A stretch of DNA of 64,000 nucleotides from the NCBI GenBank assembly GCA_038887515.1, contig JAWAKK010000002.1:128001-192000 (forward strand), in the 5' to 3' direction. The notes below the pieces were generated by a model that searched no databases, had not been told where the DNA came from, and was given only the letters and a program-made list of their open reading frames with translations. This DNA is from Candidatus Nezhaarchaeales archaeon. Its GTDB lineage: Archaea; Thermoproteota; Methanomethylicia; Nezhaarchaeales; WYZ-LMO8. Positions within the stretch are counted from its first letter, which is position 1. Every line of letters begins with the position of its first letter. Positions 50,868 through 60,822 of this stretch are shown here, piece after piece. The position numbers were made by a program, and so were the translations under genes.

Positions 50868-52254
50868 GCCAACCACCCACGAAAGCGTCATGCAAAGCCC
50901 TAACGGCTTTAATAGCGTCCTCTCTTTTTACCACTAGGGAAATGTTAAGTTCCGAAGCTCCTTGCGCTATCATTCTAACGTTTACGCCTTTTTCTGCTAC
51001 CGCGCTGAAAACCTTAGCGGCAACACCAGGTCTCCCCCTCATTCCTGATCCGACAACTGCAATCACGCAGACATCACTCTCCCAAGTGATGTCGCAGTTT
51101 CTGGGTAAAATTTCTTTTAGTTTCTTCAAAAGAACGTTTAGCTTTTCTTCTGAGACTACTATAGATATGTTTGTCTGCGATGAGCTTTGAGAAACCATTA
51201 CTGCGTTTGCACTTACGTCATACAATGCTTCGAAGACCTTAGCGACTATTAGTGGTGCCTCGTAAAGCCCTGCTCCGCTAACAGTTATTATGGCTACCCT
51301 AGGTATCATGGAGACGGCCTTAACTATTGCGTCGTTACACGTCTCTCGATGAACTATTGTGCCCGGATTTTCTAGGTTGAAGAAGCTCCTAACCCTTAAT
51401 GGAATGCTTTTTTCTATTAGTGGCTTTAATGCTAATGGATGTAAAACTTTTGCCCCAAAATATGCGAGCTCTGTAGCTTCATCGTAAGATATTTTTGGTA
51501 TAGGCTTTGCATCGGGTACGATCTTTGGGTCAGCGGTCATAATTCCTTCTACGTCCTTCCAAACCCATACTTCGTCAAACTCTAAAGCCGCTCCAATGAT
51601 CGTAGCGGAGTAGTCCGATCCGCCCCTGCCAAGGGTTGTTTCTACGCCCTCTATCGTTTGGCCTATAAAGCCAGTAATGACTGGAACAACGTCTCTTTCT
51701 ATGAGCGGCATTAAGGTCTTCTTTAGAAACTCTTCACATAAGCTCGGTAATGGATTTGCTTGACCAAAATTATCGTCTGTTACTATCCCTGCCTGTCCTC
51801 CAGTAAAGTACTCGGCTTTGATATTCTCAGATAGCAATGCTCTCCATACAACCCTGGTAGCCATTTTTTCTCCAAACGCTAGGACTCTATCTCTTGTTCT
51901 TGCGGAAGCTTCTTTAAGATAAGAAATCACTTTTAACATCGTTTGAAGCTCTTGAACATAGTTCTCGACGTCCTGAATTGCCTCTTTTCTCAGCTTCTCG
52001 TTTTTAATAGCCTCTATACAAGCCTGAATATGCCTATACTTAATGTTTGACAATAACATGTCAATTTCATTGACGTCTCCGAACAATGCTTTATTTACGA
52101 GATTAATCAGCGTGTCCGTTACCCCCGCCATAGCGGAGATGACTAATATTACCTTGTCTCCCTTCTCGACGTGTCTCCGCACAATATCTACAATTCTCAG
52201 TATATTAGCTCCCGATGATGTACAGACGCCTCCGAACTTCATGACGATCTTCAT
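50860..52254 (-). CDS. lysC: Aspartate kinase
   Basis: MKFGG, TTLGRGGSDYSA, GAKVLHP, two ACT domains. Confidence 0.96.
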   Translation of the reverse strand: MKIVMKFGGVCTSSGANILRIVDIVRRHVEKGDKVILVISAMAGVTDTLINLVNKALFGDVNEIDMLLSNIKYRHIQACIEAIKNEKLRKEAIQDVENYVQELQTMLKVISYLKEASARTRDRVLAFGEKMATRVVWRALLSENIKAEYFTGGQAGIVTDDNFGQANPLPSLCEEFLKKTLMPLIERDVVPVITGFIGQTIEGVETTLGRGGSDYSATIIGAALEFDEVWVWKDVEGIMTADPKIVPDAKPIPKISYDEATELAYFGAKVLHPLALKPLIEKSIPLRVRSFFNLENPGTIVHRETCNDAIVKAVSMIPRVAIITVSGAGLYEAPLIVAKVFEALYDVSANAVMVSQSSSQTNISIVVSEEKLNVLLKKLKEILPRNCDITWESDVCVIAVVGSGMRGRPGVAAKVFSAVAEKGVNVRMIAQGASELNISLVVKREDAIKAVRALHDAFVGGWHG

Positions 52255-52267
52255 AGACTCCTCACCA

Positions 52268-52738
52268 TTAACTCTTAGTTTTAAAGGTGTTTGAAATCAT
52301 GAATAACGTAATCGACGCAAAGCCTAAAGGTCCTAAATCGTCTTCTACGTTTATATGCATGGGAATTCCTAGTTCCATCTCCTTGATCGATATCCCTGGT
52401 TCACTCCCTCCAAATATCACTGCTACAGGACCTCTTCTGGTCTCAGAGGTTATGCGTTCAACGTCTAAAGGTTCCTTAGCATACTTCTTTGGCGTGATGA
52501 AGACGATCTGTGAAGGCTTAAATAGTTCAATTAAATCCTCTAGGCCACTAAGCACTATCAAGGCTCTACCTTTCTTAAGTGCAAGCTTCTGAGCCTCGGG
52601 GAGCCCTGCTTGAGCCGCTGCACCACTAGGCTTGCTTATGACTATCGTTTTGAAACCTAGGCCATAGCACAGTTTGGCAAACTGCTTTACTACCTCAGCG
52701 CTGAATACATTATGCAATACTGGTATTACTTCATCCAT
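52268..52738 (-). CDS. DUF2122 family protein (SPOUT-like fold)
   Basis: VLHNVFS, GAAAQAGLPEAQKLA, FGGSEPG. Confidence 0.7.
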   Translation of the reverse strand: MDEVIPVLHNVFSAEVVKQFAKLCYGLGFKTIVISKPSGAAAQAGLPEAQKLALKKGRALIVLSGLEDLIELFKPSQIVFITPKKYAKEPLDVERITSETRRGPVAVIFGGSEPGISIKEMELGIPMHINVEDDLGPLGFASITLFMISNTFKTKS

Positions 52739-52759
52739 CTTCAGTCGCTTACTACTTCT

Positions 52760-53725
52760 TCAAGACCTCCTTAATAACTTAAGCGCTTCTTTAGCTATAG
52801 CACTTGAAAGTGGTGGAGGAACCGCTTCCCCTATCACGTTATACTGCATGTCGAATCCTCCTTTAAACACGAAGTTGTCTGGGAAGCCCATCAGCCTCGC
52901 CTGCTCTCTTACTGTTAGAAGCCTGTTTTCGTAAGGATGTATGAACCTAGATCCCCCAAGGACTGTTGGCGCTAATTTAAATGGATGTAACCTCACCCAA
53001 TTAGGCAGAACCTTTCTTCCGGCGCCTTTATACAACACAAGCCCTTCGCCCCACTTCAATCTAGCTATCTTCTTAAGCTTCTTTAGAGGTAAAGGCTTTA
53101 TTACATGGTTGGGCACATCATTTACGTATTCAGGACTTGGAAGACCTGTTAAAGCTTCTTCTACAATTACGAGCTTCCGTATCGGTCTAGGCCTAAGTCT
53201 GTAATTTGATATGAAGACCCTCTTTCTATGCGATGGCGTTCCATAGTTCTCAGCATAAAGCACGTTAAAGTAAACTCTATCGTAACCTACAACTTTAAGC
53301 TCGTACTCTATCGCTTCTCTTAACGACCCTTCAAGTATTGAAGGGACGTTCTCAATTATGAAGAGTTTCGGCCTTAAATCGCCTATAATCCTTATGGCAT
53401 GAAGGAAGAGTCTTCCAACTTCGTCGCTATAAAGTCTATCGAACGCGTTGACTTCCCTTCGAGGATTAGCCCCGGTGAATGGCTCGCATGGGGGACTTGC
53501 TATTACAACGTCGACATCATCACCTATTATTTCCTTTATATCGATGGCGTGAAGATTCCTAACATCTTCGCACAGAACATCTACCTTAAGGTTTTCTCTG
53601 CACGTCTCTGATACCGTTCGATCCACGTCAACTCCCAGTAGAACCCTAAACCCCTCCATGACAAAGCCTAGCGAAAAACCACCTGCCCCACAGAATAGGT
53701 CTAAGACTTTATACGTGTTAATCAC
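52760..53725 (-). CDS. C5-cytosine methyltransferase (orphan)
   Basis: DLFCGAGG, SPPCEPF, ENV, R.RVF, LTVREQARLMGFPD, GEAVPP. Confidence 0.92.
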   Translation of the reverse strand: MINTYKVLDLFCGAGGFSLGFVMEGFRVLLGVDVDRTVSETCRENLKVDVLCEDVRNLHAIDIKEIIGDDVDVVIASPPCEPFTGANPRREVNAFDRLYSDEVGRLFLHAIRIIGDLRPKLFIIENVPSILEGSLREAIEYELKVVGYDRVYFNVLYAENYGTPSHRKRVFISNYRLRPRPIRKLVIVEEALTGLPSPEYVNDVPNHVIKPLPLKKLKKIARLKWGEGLVLYKGAGRKVLPNWVRLHPFKLAPTVLGGSRFIHPYENRLLTVREQARLMGFPDNFVFKGGFDMQYNVIGEAVPPPLSSAIAKEALKLLRRS

Positions 53726-54122
53726 CTCCTACTAAGTCTTTAACATCAAAGCCCATTTTCCTCAACTCTTCAACAATGAACCTTCTATGGCAAAACTTTC
53801 TATCCCTCTCTAGGCACATCAAACACGTTATTTTATCACGTGCAATTATTGAAAGAACTTCCAACCCCCTTCTAAAGCTCTCTTTCTTCACATAGTTTTC
53901 ATAGCCTTTCTTTCTAAACCCTCCAAGCTCCTTCCCAAGCCATATGTAATCTACACCGCTTCTATTAAGCTCCCCCTCCAATTCATCAAAGCTAAAACCC
54001 TTAATCCTTGATCTAGGAAATGCTCTCACGTCGACAACTACTTGAACACCCTTAGCTTTCAGCAATTTTAGAAATTCATCAATACATTTAAAGGTTCCGT
54101 AACCGACATCGTATACAAACAG
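53718..54122 (-). CDS. DUF488 family protein; CTG start
   Basis: (M)FVYDVGY...EFLKLLK...VVDVRAFP, ELGG, CLE...CHR; CTG preceded by GAGGT/GAGG. Confidence 0.82.
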   Translation of the reverse strand: MFVYDVGYGTFKCIDEFLKLLKAKGVQVVVDVRAFPRSRIKGFSFDELEGELNRSGVDYIWLGKELGGFRKKGYENYVKKESFRRGLEVLSIIARDKITCLMCLERDRKFCHRRFIVEELRKMGFDVKDLVGGD

Positions 54123-54295
54123 GGCCTCTCTACCTCAAGACGGAATTACATAAGGAATACTATAAACCTAAGCTTCAGGCTATGACCTTTCTCTATTGTA
54201 GGTTAACGATGCAATAAACCGATCATAAGATGTCGAGTAGAGAAAGTAATAATAAAAGAAGTAGTAATGAGGTAACCACACTTAGATACCTTCAA

Positions 54296-54931
54296 CTACA
54301 AAGACATTAATGGGTGCTGTTGCGTTGTTGAAGGTGGCTGGGCACTATGTTTTCTAATACTATCTTCTAGGGCAACGTAGAGAAGCACCCAAGCTACAAA
54401 CCCTATTATTGGTACGAAGATCGCTATTATGAATAAGACTCCAGCTACTACGTAAAGGGTGCATTGCTCAACTTCACTAAGCCTAAAGCACACTATTATC
54501 ACACCAATATAGCCTAACAATAATAGTATGAGACCGGCAATTACTATCGGCAAGCCAACGAATAGTAAAACCAGCGGCGTTCCAACGATGAGCAATATCA
54601 ACCCCCATATATATCCTACCTTGATTAAAGTGGCTGTCGTTGAGTAGCGCGGGTCAATCGAAGCCAGCTTGGCGGTCCCCGGTATAAAATAAGCATATAG
54701 CCCTACGAGACCTATAATTGACCCAGCTATTACGAGTGCAATCATGGTAATCGCAAGCCCAAATGCCACTGCACTCCTCGCGACGATAGCAAACATTCCG
54801 AAAAGAATAGCCATCAGTCCTATACCCATTAGCAACCATCCAATCATAATGTAGAGGATGCCTTTCCTCATAGAACTATAGGTCTCTATAACTCCTCGGG
54901 GATAAGAAGTCGGCAAACTCGCTAGGCTCAT
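54296..54931 (-). CDS. DUF973-like membrane protein
   Basis: Multiple Gly-rich TMs and a Pro/Gln/Thr-rich tail. Confidence 0.55.
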   Translation of the reverse strand: MSLASLPTSYPRGVIETYSSMRKGILYIMIGWLLMGIGLMAILFGMFAIVARSAVAFGLAITMIALVIAGSIIGLVGLYAYFIPGTAKLASIDPRYSTTATLIKVGYIWGLILLIVGTPLVLLFVGLPIVIAGLILLLLGYIGVIIVCFRLSEVEQCTLYVVAGVLFIIAIFVPIIGFVAWVLLYVALEDSIRKHSAQPPSTTQQHPLMSL

Positions 54932-55110
54932 TTTAACCAATCTATGATATTGCGAAGTAGACACTTAAACCTTTACTTTAAGTCAAGAGGAGTATCTATG
55001 CTAAGTTAGGTCGAGCATCTTTAATAGTTAAATTCTATGTTCCATCTATAAAACAACTTCATTTCAAAATCCATCCGTAGTAAAAGCGGTCAAGCAGACT
55101 ATATGAGTTA

Positions 55111-55198
55111 TGGCGCCGGGTGGGGGACTCGAACCCCCGCTCCCCGGAGGGGAACGGGCTTAGCAAGCCCGCGCCCTACCAATCTAGGCGAACCCGGC
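55111..55198 (-). tRNA. tRNA-Ser(GCT)
   Basis: Anticodon arm CGGGC-TTGCTAA-GCCCG, long variable arm, G73, encoded CCA. Confidence 0.95.
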
Positions 55199-55316
55199 CC
55201 CTCTTTAATAATTGATTAAAGAAGGGCGACACTTAAATAAAAGCTTAATTCAAGAAGAGCTTAAGCATGTTAGTCGACTCAACATTTTTATGGCCCTTCA
55301 AATGCTGATAATCTGA

Positions 55317-55389
55317 GCCCCGGTCGCCTAGCGGTTATGGCGGCGGCCTTGTAAGCCGCAGGTCGCGGGTTCGAATCCCGCCCGGGGCT
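55317..55389 (+). tRNA. tRNA-Thr(TGT)
   Basis: GCCCCGG/CCGGGGC acceptor stem, GCGGC-CTTGTAA-GCCGC, GGTTCGAATCC. Confidence 0.95.
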
Positions 55390-55553
55390 TCAACCTCTTA
55401 ATTCTATGTTCTCTACATAGTCTCTTCAATTCATTATTCACGCCCGTACTCAATGTTATAGTTAATAGCCATGATGTTTTGCCATAGACCCTTAATAGCA
55501 TATCAAGCACTATCACGCGTTTAAGGGTCATTAATTATCGAGTAAAAATCTAG

Positions 55554-56726
55554 CTAATGATGCGAGTCCTGGGGGTCGAGTTGTCTATTTAATACAATCA
55601 ATATCAGGAGTGATAATGCCTGCGCTAGGGTTGCATAACCTATTGTTACGGGTAAGGATAATTGTAATAGGAGGGTTATTATAAAGCCCCCTATACCCCA
55701 TGATATTCCGTAGAGCATACCGAAGATACCGTAGGCTATTGCCAGCCTACCTCTATCAACTATATCGGCTATTGATGCTCTCATTATAGTCTCCGAGATG
55801 CCCATTGTGATTCCCCAGAGAACCGCCATTACATACGCTAATGCTGTAGACTTTGTAGCTAATAGTAACGTTACCATTAGTGTTGTTATCGGAGCTATAT
55901 AGAGGCTCCTGTACTTCACAACATCGTATAAGTAGCCTACCGGAAAAGCTATGAGAGCATCTACTCCCATTGCTATGGCGTACAACATCGCTATTTCAGC
56001 ATCTCCTATTATCCCCCAACATTTCAGGAAGTAGGACGCTATAGCCCAATGTACAAAACCTAGAGACTGCAGACTCATAGATAACGCGTATAGCCAGAAT
56101 CTCTTACCCAGGCCTTTAAACGAAAGTTTTTTCGGTGAAACTTCAACGCCCCTAATCTTCGGATAAAGAGACCACGCTGTTAATACAAACATCATAGCTA
56201 ACGTTCCTGGAATTAGAAGCACTAGAAATGCTTTGGAGTAATCGTAATGTACAAGCATGTATGCAAAGAAAAGTGGGCCTACTAAAGCACCAACTTGATC
56301 CATAACTTCGTGGAGACCAAACCCCTTCCCTCTACCAACCCCTTCCGTAACCTCGGCTAGAATCACGTCTCTCATAGGTGTCCTCAAGCCCTTTCCAACT
56401 CTTTCCAAGAGGTACAATAATGTCGCGATCTGCCAGGAACCTACGAAGGCAAGGAAAGGTAAAACCATGACGTTCATAGCGTAACCCAATGCCACAAAAC
56501 CCCAGAAAGCGGCCGAGGACCCTAAATAGGACGCTACTACACCGCTTACGAACCTAAGGACGTACCCTACAAATTCACCCACGCCAATAATTGATGAGGC
56601 AATAGGTGGAGCCTTCAAATTCTCTAAGTAAGCCCCACTAGCTGATCTAGCACCCTCATAAACCATATCAGCAGCTAAAGAAATAAGCCCGAGCAACACA
56701 AATACGATCAATATCTTTTTCTTCAT
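55554..56726 (-). CDS. MFS transporter
   Basis: About 12 TMs; ADMVYEGARS, ERVGKGLRTP.RD, DQVGA..GP. Confidence 0.9.
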   Translation of the reverse strand: MKKKILIVFVLLGLISLAADMVYEGARSASGAYLENLKAPPIASSIIGVGEFVGYVLRFVSGVVASYLGSSAAFWGFVALGYAMNVMVLPFLAFVGSWQIATLLYLLERVGKGLRTPMRDVILAEVTEGVGRGKGFGLHEVMDQVGALVGPLFFAYMLVHYDYSKAFLVLLIPGTLAMMFVLTAWSLYPKIRGVEVSPKKLSFKGLGKRFWLYALSMSLQSLGFVHWAIASYFLKCWGIIGDAEIAMLYAIAMGVDALIAFPVGYLYDVVKYRSLYIAPITTLMVTLLLATKSTALAYVMAVLWGITMGISETIMRASIADIVDRGRLAIAYGIFGMLYGISWGIGGFIITLLLQLSLPVTIGYATLAQALSLLILIVLNRQLDPQDSHH

Positions 56727-56816
56727 CTCTTAACGCCACTACATCAAAAAGGATAGGTATTAATAATCACTTAAGAATGTTATCTTAAACGATACGTAAG
56801 CTCGAAGGCATTTAAA

Positions 56817-57371
56817 ATGAATAGGTACAACGATTTAACAAGTGAAGAAGTTGCTAAGAGGTTCGAAATTTACGGTCTAAATAAGGTCCCCGAAAAGAAA
56901 TAGAGCGTCGCAACATCTTCCTTCAAAGAGCTTACAGGGTTAACGTCGCATACCACGAAGTAACTGCTGCAACATCCTCTATTTTAGGGAAATATGTAGA
57001 CCTTGCAGTAATGATTTCATTACTCCTTGTAAATGCAATTATCGATGTTGTCCACGGATACCGGGCCGGTAAGGTCATTGAAGTACTTAAATCAAAGTTA
57101 AGAGTAACCGTAAAGGTTCTCAGGGACGATAAGTAGACCGATATTTCAGCTGAGCAAGTCGCGTTATTAGCTATAACTTTTGATCGCATGATTGCAACGA
57201 TACTAGTACTAGAAGGCATAATGATACCTCCATTGCCCCCACACGCTGTAGCGTTGGTTTTTCTCTACATCGTTACGGTAACATTACTGGTCACCGATAT
57301 TGCTAAAATCGCAGTATGCAAGTTGTTTGACCTCATATATGCTCTTCTTAACTACGTTGCTTAAATATTAA
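56817..57371 (+). pseudogene. P-type ATPase (H+-efflux type) remnant with a large internal deletion
   Basis: LTSEEVAKRFEIYGLNKVPEKK*, then LLLVNAII...RAGKVIEVLKSKL...KVLRDDK*TDISAEQV joined directly to C-terminal TM-like sequence; no DKTGT. Confidence 0.75.
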
Positions 57372-57498
57372 GCTACTGTAAATAGTGCTTCAATTCATAG
57401 GTACATTATTGATAAGGTATAACCTTAGAAGAACTTTTTTATGCTTCCCACAGACTGCCAAAACTTTTTCTAAACCTCGTTTATAACTTCTAGAAACA

Positions 57499-58926
57499 TT
57501 AATTTCGCATAAAGCGAGGTCTAACGATTTTCTCTTTGAGTCTCCACGGTATCGTACAATCAAGGATCATCTTCACATCCCGAACGTGTTCAGCTAGCCC
57601 TTGCCACGACTTAGTTCGATCTATTACTATGAGGCCATCTTTTGGATTAAACCTTGTTGTAAACGCCCACCACAACTCCATAGGATCAAATATGTCTACA
57701 TCGTCGTCTACAACGATTACACATCTTGCTTCAAGCCTTGTTGCTAGAGCTGTTAAGGCAAGGTTTCTTACCTCTACGTCATCTTTAATGTCATTTTTAC
57801 TTACTTGAAGTACGCACAACAATTTTCCTGCACCGGCTGGCGACAAATACACGTTCTTTAAAAGATCCTTAAAGCCAGCCCTTTGGGCAGCGAATAATAT
57901 CTCCGCTTCGCCTGCAACGCCCACTATCACGTTGTGCTCCTCTCCAGGTGGAATGATGGCTTGATATATTGGCTTCCTCCTATAAGTTACCGCTTTCACC
58001 TTCATTACGCTGGCTATGGCTGCAGCTCCCATGTATCCAGCCATTTCGGGCATTGACCATCCCTTCTTGGTTAACACATCTTCCATAACTGTTATGTTCG
58101 GTTGAATTTCGCCCTCAATAACTATCTCAGCGTTAGCTAAAGCCTCGCAGTCAACAGTCTTGCACGATACGACCTCGATGGGAGATCCCTTCAATGCCCC
58201 TGCTACTGCAAGCTCGTCGAGGTTCGTTGCGGTTGGAGAGGAGAGTCCAGCGGCTAGCGCAATAAAGGGGTCTACGCCTATGTTTACTGAGACTTGAAGA
58301 GGTTTACCCTTTGCCTCGGCTTTTAATAAGGCCTCTTTTATGTGTCTTCGATTGCTTAATAGTATAGTTAACGTGTCCGGGCCTATCACTATCATTCTAT
58401 GAAAAGTCACGTCTCCCAGTCCGGTATCGGGATCTATGGCCCTAACAAGCCCTGCAGTGATGCTTGGGCCAGCGCTATCGTATGATAGTAGAGGTATTGG
58501 TAGCAATTCCAATAGGTTAACGTCCTTATCCACTACGACTTCTTGGCAAGGAGCATCGTTAACATGCTTTGGCGGGAGGGGTTTACGCATTGCTTCAAGC
58601 AGTTTTAAAGGTAAATTCTTCTTATCTACATCGAGGTAGTAGGCAGCTCTTTCCCGACTGCCCAAAATGCCAACCACAACAGGTATTTCGTATTGGACTT
58701 TCCTAGAACCTATACATCGAAAAACGTTCTCGAAAAATACTATAGGACCTATCTTGGTGGGTGGCGGAGAAGGAGTTCCACCCGCATACTTGAGATATTC
58801 CCCAGCAAGTTCGAGCTCAACATTAATTGGCCTCTTTATCCTAATGAGGTCACCCATTTCTTCAACTAGAGAAATAGCATCCCTCAAGTCGTTTATTTTC
58901 TTGCTACTCATAACCTTTTTAGTCAA
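57499..58926 (-). CDS. UbiD-family prenylated-FMN-dependent decarboxylase
   Basis: HRM, AEIVIEGEI, PEMAGY, VVDDDVDIFD..ELWWAFTTR. Confidence 0.92.
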   Translation of the reverse strand: MTKKVMSSKKINDLRDAISLVEEMGDLIRIKRPINVELELAGEYLKYAGGTPSPPPTKIGPIVFFENVFRCIGSRKVQYEIPVVVGILGSRERAAYYLDVDKKNLPLKLLEAMRKPLPPKHVNDAPCQEVVVDKDVNLLELLPIPLLSYDSAGPSITAGLVRAIDPDTGLGDVTFHRMIVIGPDTLTILLSNRRHIKEALLKAEAKGKPLQVSVNIGVDPFIALAAGLSSPTATNLDELAVAGALKGSPIEVVSCKTVDCEALANAEIVIEGEIQPNITVMEDVLTKKGWSMPEMAGYMGAAAIASVMKVKAVTYRRKPIYQAIIPPGEEHNVIVGVAGEAEILFAAQRAGFKDLLKNVYLSPAGAGKLLCVLQVSKNDIKDDVEVRNLALTALATRLEARCVIVVDDDVDIFDPMELWWAFTTRFNPKDGLIVIDRTKSWQGLAEHVRDVKMILDCTIPWRLKEKIVRPRFMRN

Positions 58927-59095
58927 TATACTTCAATCCTCCACCAAGTCCTTCATATTATAGTCACCTTTAAAATATTTTGGAGCACTGAAGTTTAGGT
59001 TTCAATAAAACAGGTCTCCCTACAATACTTTATGTCGAGGAGCGTAAAATGCCTCGCTTGCCTAAATAGCCTCTAAGGGTCTTGGAACCAAAACG

Positions 59096-59611
59096 TTACT
59101 GGCGTTTAGACAACGTATCTCTGATGGTTTCAAGTATTTTCTTATGCCTTTCTTCATCTTCAACGATCCAGTTGAGTACGGCCTTAAAGTCATCGAGATG
59201 AACTCCTTCCTCGAAACTAATAAATTCAATCAGCTTAACGTGTAAAACCGTAAGGTATTCCTCGGCAGCGAAACCCTCAATTGCGTACAACGCGTCTATG
59301 ATGGAGTTAAGGTCAGCTAGGCCAATCTTCCGATGTTCAAGGATCCTTTCAGCATCCTTGACGGCAGCTAGCCACGAGTTACCCCAAGCTTCTACACAAT
59401 CTTCGGAGCTAGCATCAACCTCTCGAAAGAGAGCTTCGGCCATCGACTTAAAGCAACTCGCATGCTTAAATGAGTCGTACGCAATAAATTCTAGAAGACC
59501 CCTTATGATTTTATCGTTGGTAAGCTTGGCTACATGTTCATATACCTTCGCGACCTTTTCCTCGAGCAGGCCTGAACACAAGAAGAGTTTTCCTAAGTTT
59601 ATCTTAGTCAA
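59096..59611 (-). CDS. Ferritin/rubrerythrin-like four-helix protein
   Basis: LEEKVA..Y, IAYDSFKH, EEY, EDEERH di-iron-type motifs. Confidence 0.75.
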   Translation of the reverse strand: MTKINLGKLFLCSGLLEEKVAKVYEHVAKLTNDKIIRGLLEFIAYDSFKHASCFKSMAEALFREVDASSEDCVEAWGNSWLAAVKDAERILEHRKIGLADLNSIIDALYAIEGFAAEEYLTVLHVKLIEFISFEEGVHLDDFKAVLNWIVEDEERHKKILETIRDTLSKRQ

Positions 59612-59713
59612 GGATCTTCGAGAAGAAGTTGGAACATCTTAATTTATAAATTTAACTTCTAACTTTCTCTCTGTACCAACAAGACCCCTAAAGGAAAGGC
59701 TGTAAGGGTACAC

Positions 59714-59789
59714 TGGTGGGGCCGCCAGGATTTGAACCTGGGTCACGAGGGCCCAAGCCTCGCAGTCTACCAGGCTAGCCTACGGCCCC
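59714..59789 (-). tRNA. tRNA-Pro(TGG)
   Basis: GGGGCCG acceptor stem, CGAGG-CTTGGGC-CCTCG, GGTTCAAATCC, encoded CCA. Confidence 0.95.
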
Positions 59790-59817
59790 TTTTACTTGAC
59801 GGAAGGGGAGGGCTAAT

Positions 59818-60612
59818 TTAAGGCTTATCTCTCATAAACGACGTTATCTTCATCTGTTCCTTACTGCCTTTGTCTACATCTTTAACTTTGCACAACTTAA
59901 TCGTCGTAAGCTTCCTAGTTGCTGGAAACGATACATTATATACTTGCGTACCATCAATAGTTACCGCGTGAACCTTACTATTATGTGCATGTCCGTGGAC
60001 AACGATGTGAGGGCCACGCCTCCTTATGACGGTTTCAAATCTGCTAGATCCTAGTTCGGGCCAAGCCCAACGGGGCTCTCCGATAAGGGTTCTAAACGTC
60101 GTAGAGTAGTGAGATAGCAAGACTACGAAGTCCCACCCTTTAAGGGTTGCAGAAGCCAACATCTCATCGATCTTCTTCAATCTCTCTTCGTAAATTTGAT
60201 TTATGTTAACTATGTTCTTTCTTTGCCATGCCGTCGGCCTATCTAAACAGCCTTTAGTTCCGATAATGTTGATGCCGACATCGTTGATATCGATGCTTGC
60301 TTCGGAATCGTTAAGCCACGTGACTTCATTATAGCTCTCCATTATATTAACGATTTTATCTTCGTACTCTTCGTTACCGAAGCACGCTACTATTTTGCAT
60401 TCTCCGTACCTGCTTTTAATAGCACTTAAGACGTTCTCGTACTCTTTTACTTGACCTTTATATATCATATCTCCGGCTAGAAGCATTAAACCTACATCGG
60501 GACTGTTCTTTAACGCCCTCTTAAAGTCTTCGAGATACTTAGGTGAATGAACGTCGGATACGGCTCCAATCATTAGCTCGAGGGTCAAGTTAGACACCTT
60601 TATTTTGTCCAT
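59818..60612 (-). CDS. Calcineurin-like metallophosphoesterase
   Basis: SDVH, AGD, GNEE, SHY, HGHAH. Confidence 0.88.
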   Translation of the reverse strand: MDKIKVSNLTLELMIGAVSDVHSPKYLEDFKRALKNSPDVGLMLLAGDMIYKGQVKEYENVLSAIKSRYGECKIVACFGNEEYEDKIVNIMESYNEVTWLNDSEASIDINDVGINIIGTKGCLDRPTAWQRKNIVNINQIYEERLKKIDEMLASATLKGWDFVVLLSHYSTTFRTLIGEPRWAWPELGSSRFETVIRRRGPHIVVHGHAHNSKVHAVTIDGTQVYNVSFPATRKLTTIKLCKVKDVDKGSKEQMKITSFMRDKP

Positions 60613-60706
60613 ACGTGATGTTTTTAACGAAGTATATAGCTCAACATAGCCCTCTAAGTTTAAGAAAGCAAAAACCCTAATATAGATCTCTGGCTGTCTA
60701 CTCTTT

Positions 60707-60770
60707 GGCGGATGAAGAAATGACGGTCTTAGAGCTGGGCGCAATGATGGCTGATGGGCGGACTGACGCC
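60707..60770 (+). ncRNA. Candidate C/D-box sRNA
   Basis: GGCG/CGCC terminal stem, ATGAAGA box C, ATGATGG box C', 12-nt guide then CTGA box D; D' degenerate; BRE/TATA-like AAAAACCCTAATATA upstream. Confidence 0.6.
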
Positions 60771-60822
60771 TTAAAATCGTTAGACTTAAACCTTAGCTTT
60801 ACATCAATACGATTTACTTGTT

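Noticed and set aside
55328-55531. 67-aa ORF on the minus strand
   Set aside because: Overlaps tRNA-Thr in antisense; spurious
56932-57219. 95-aa ORF on the minus strand
   Set aside because: Antisense shadow of the P-type ATPase pseudogene
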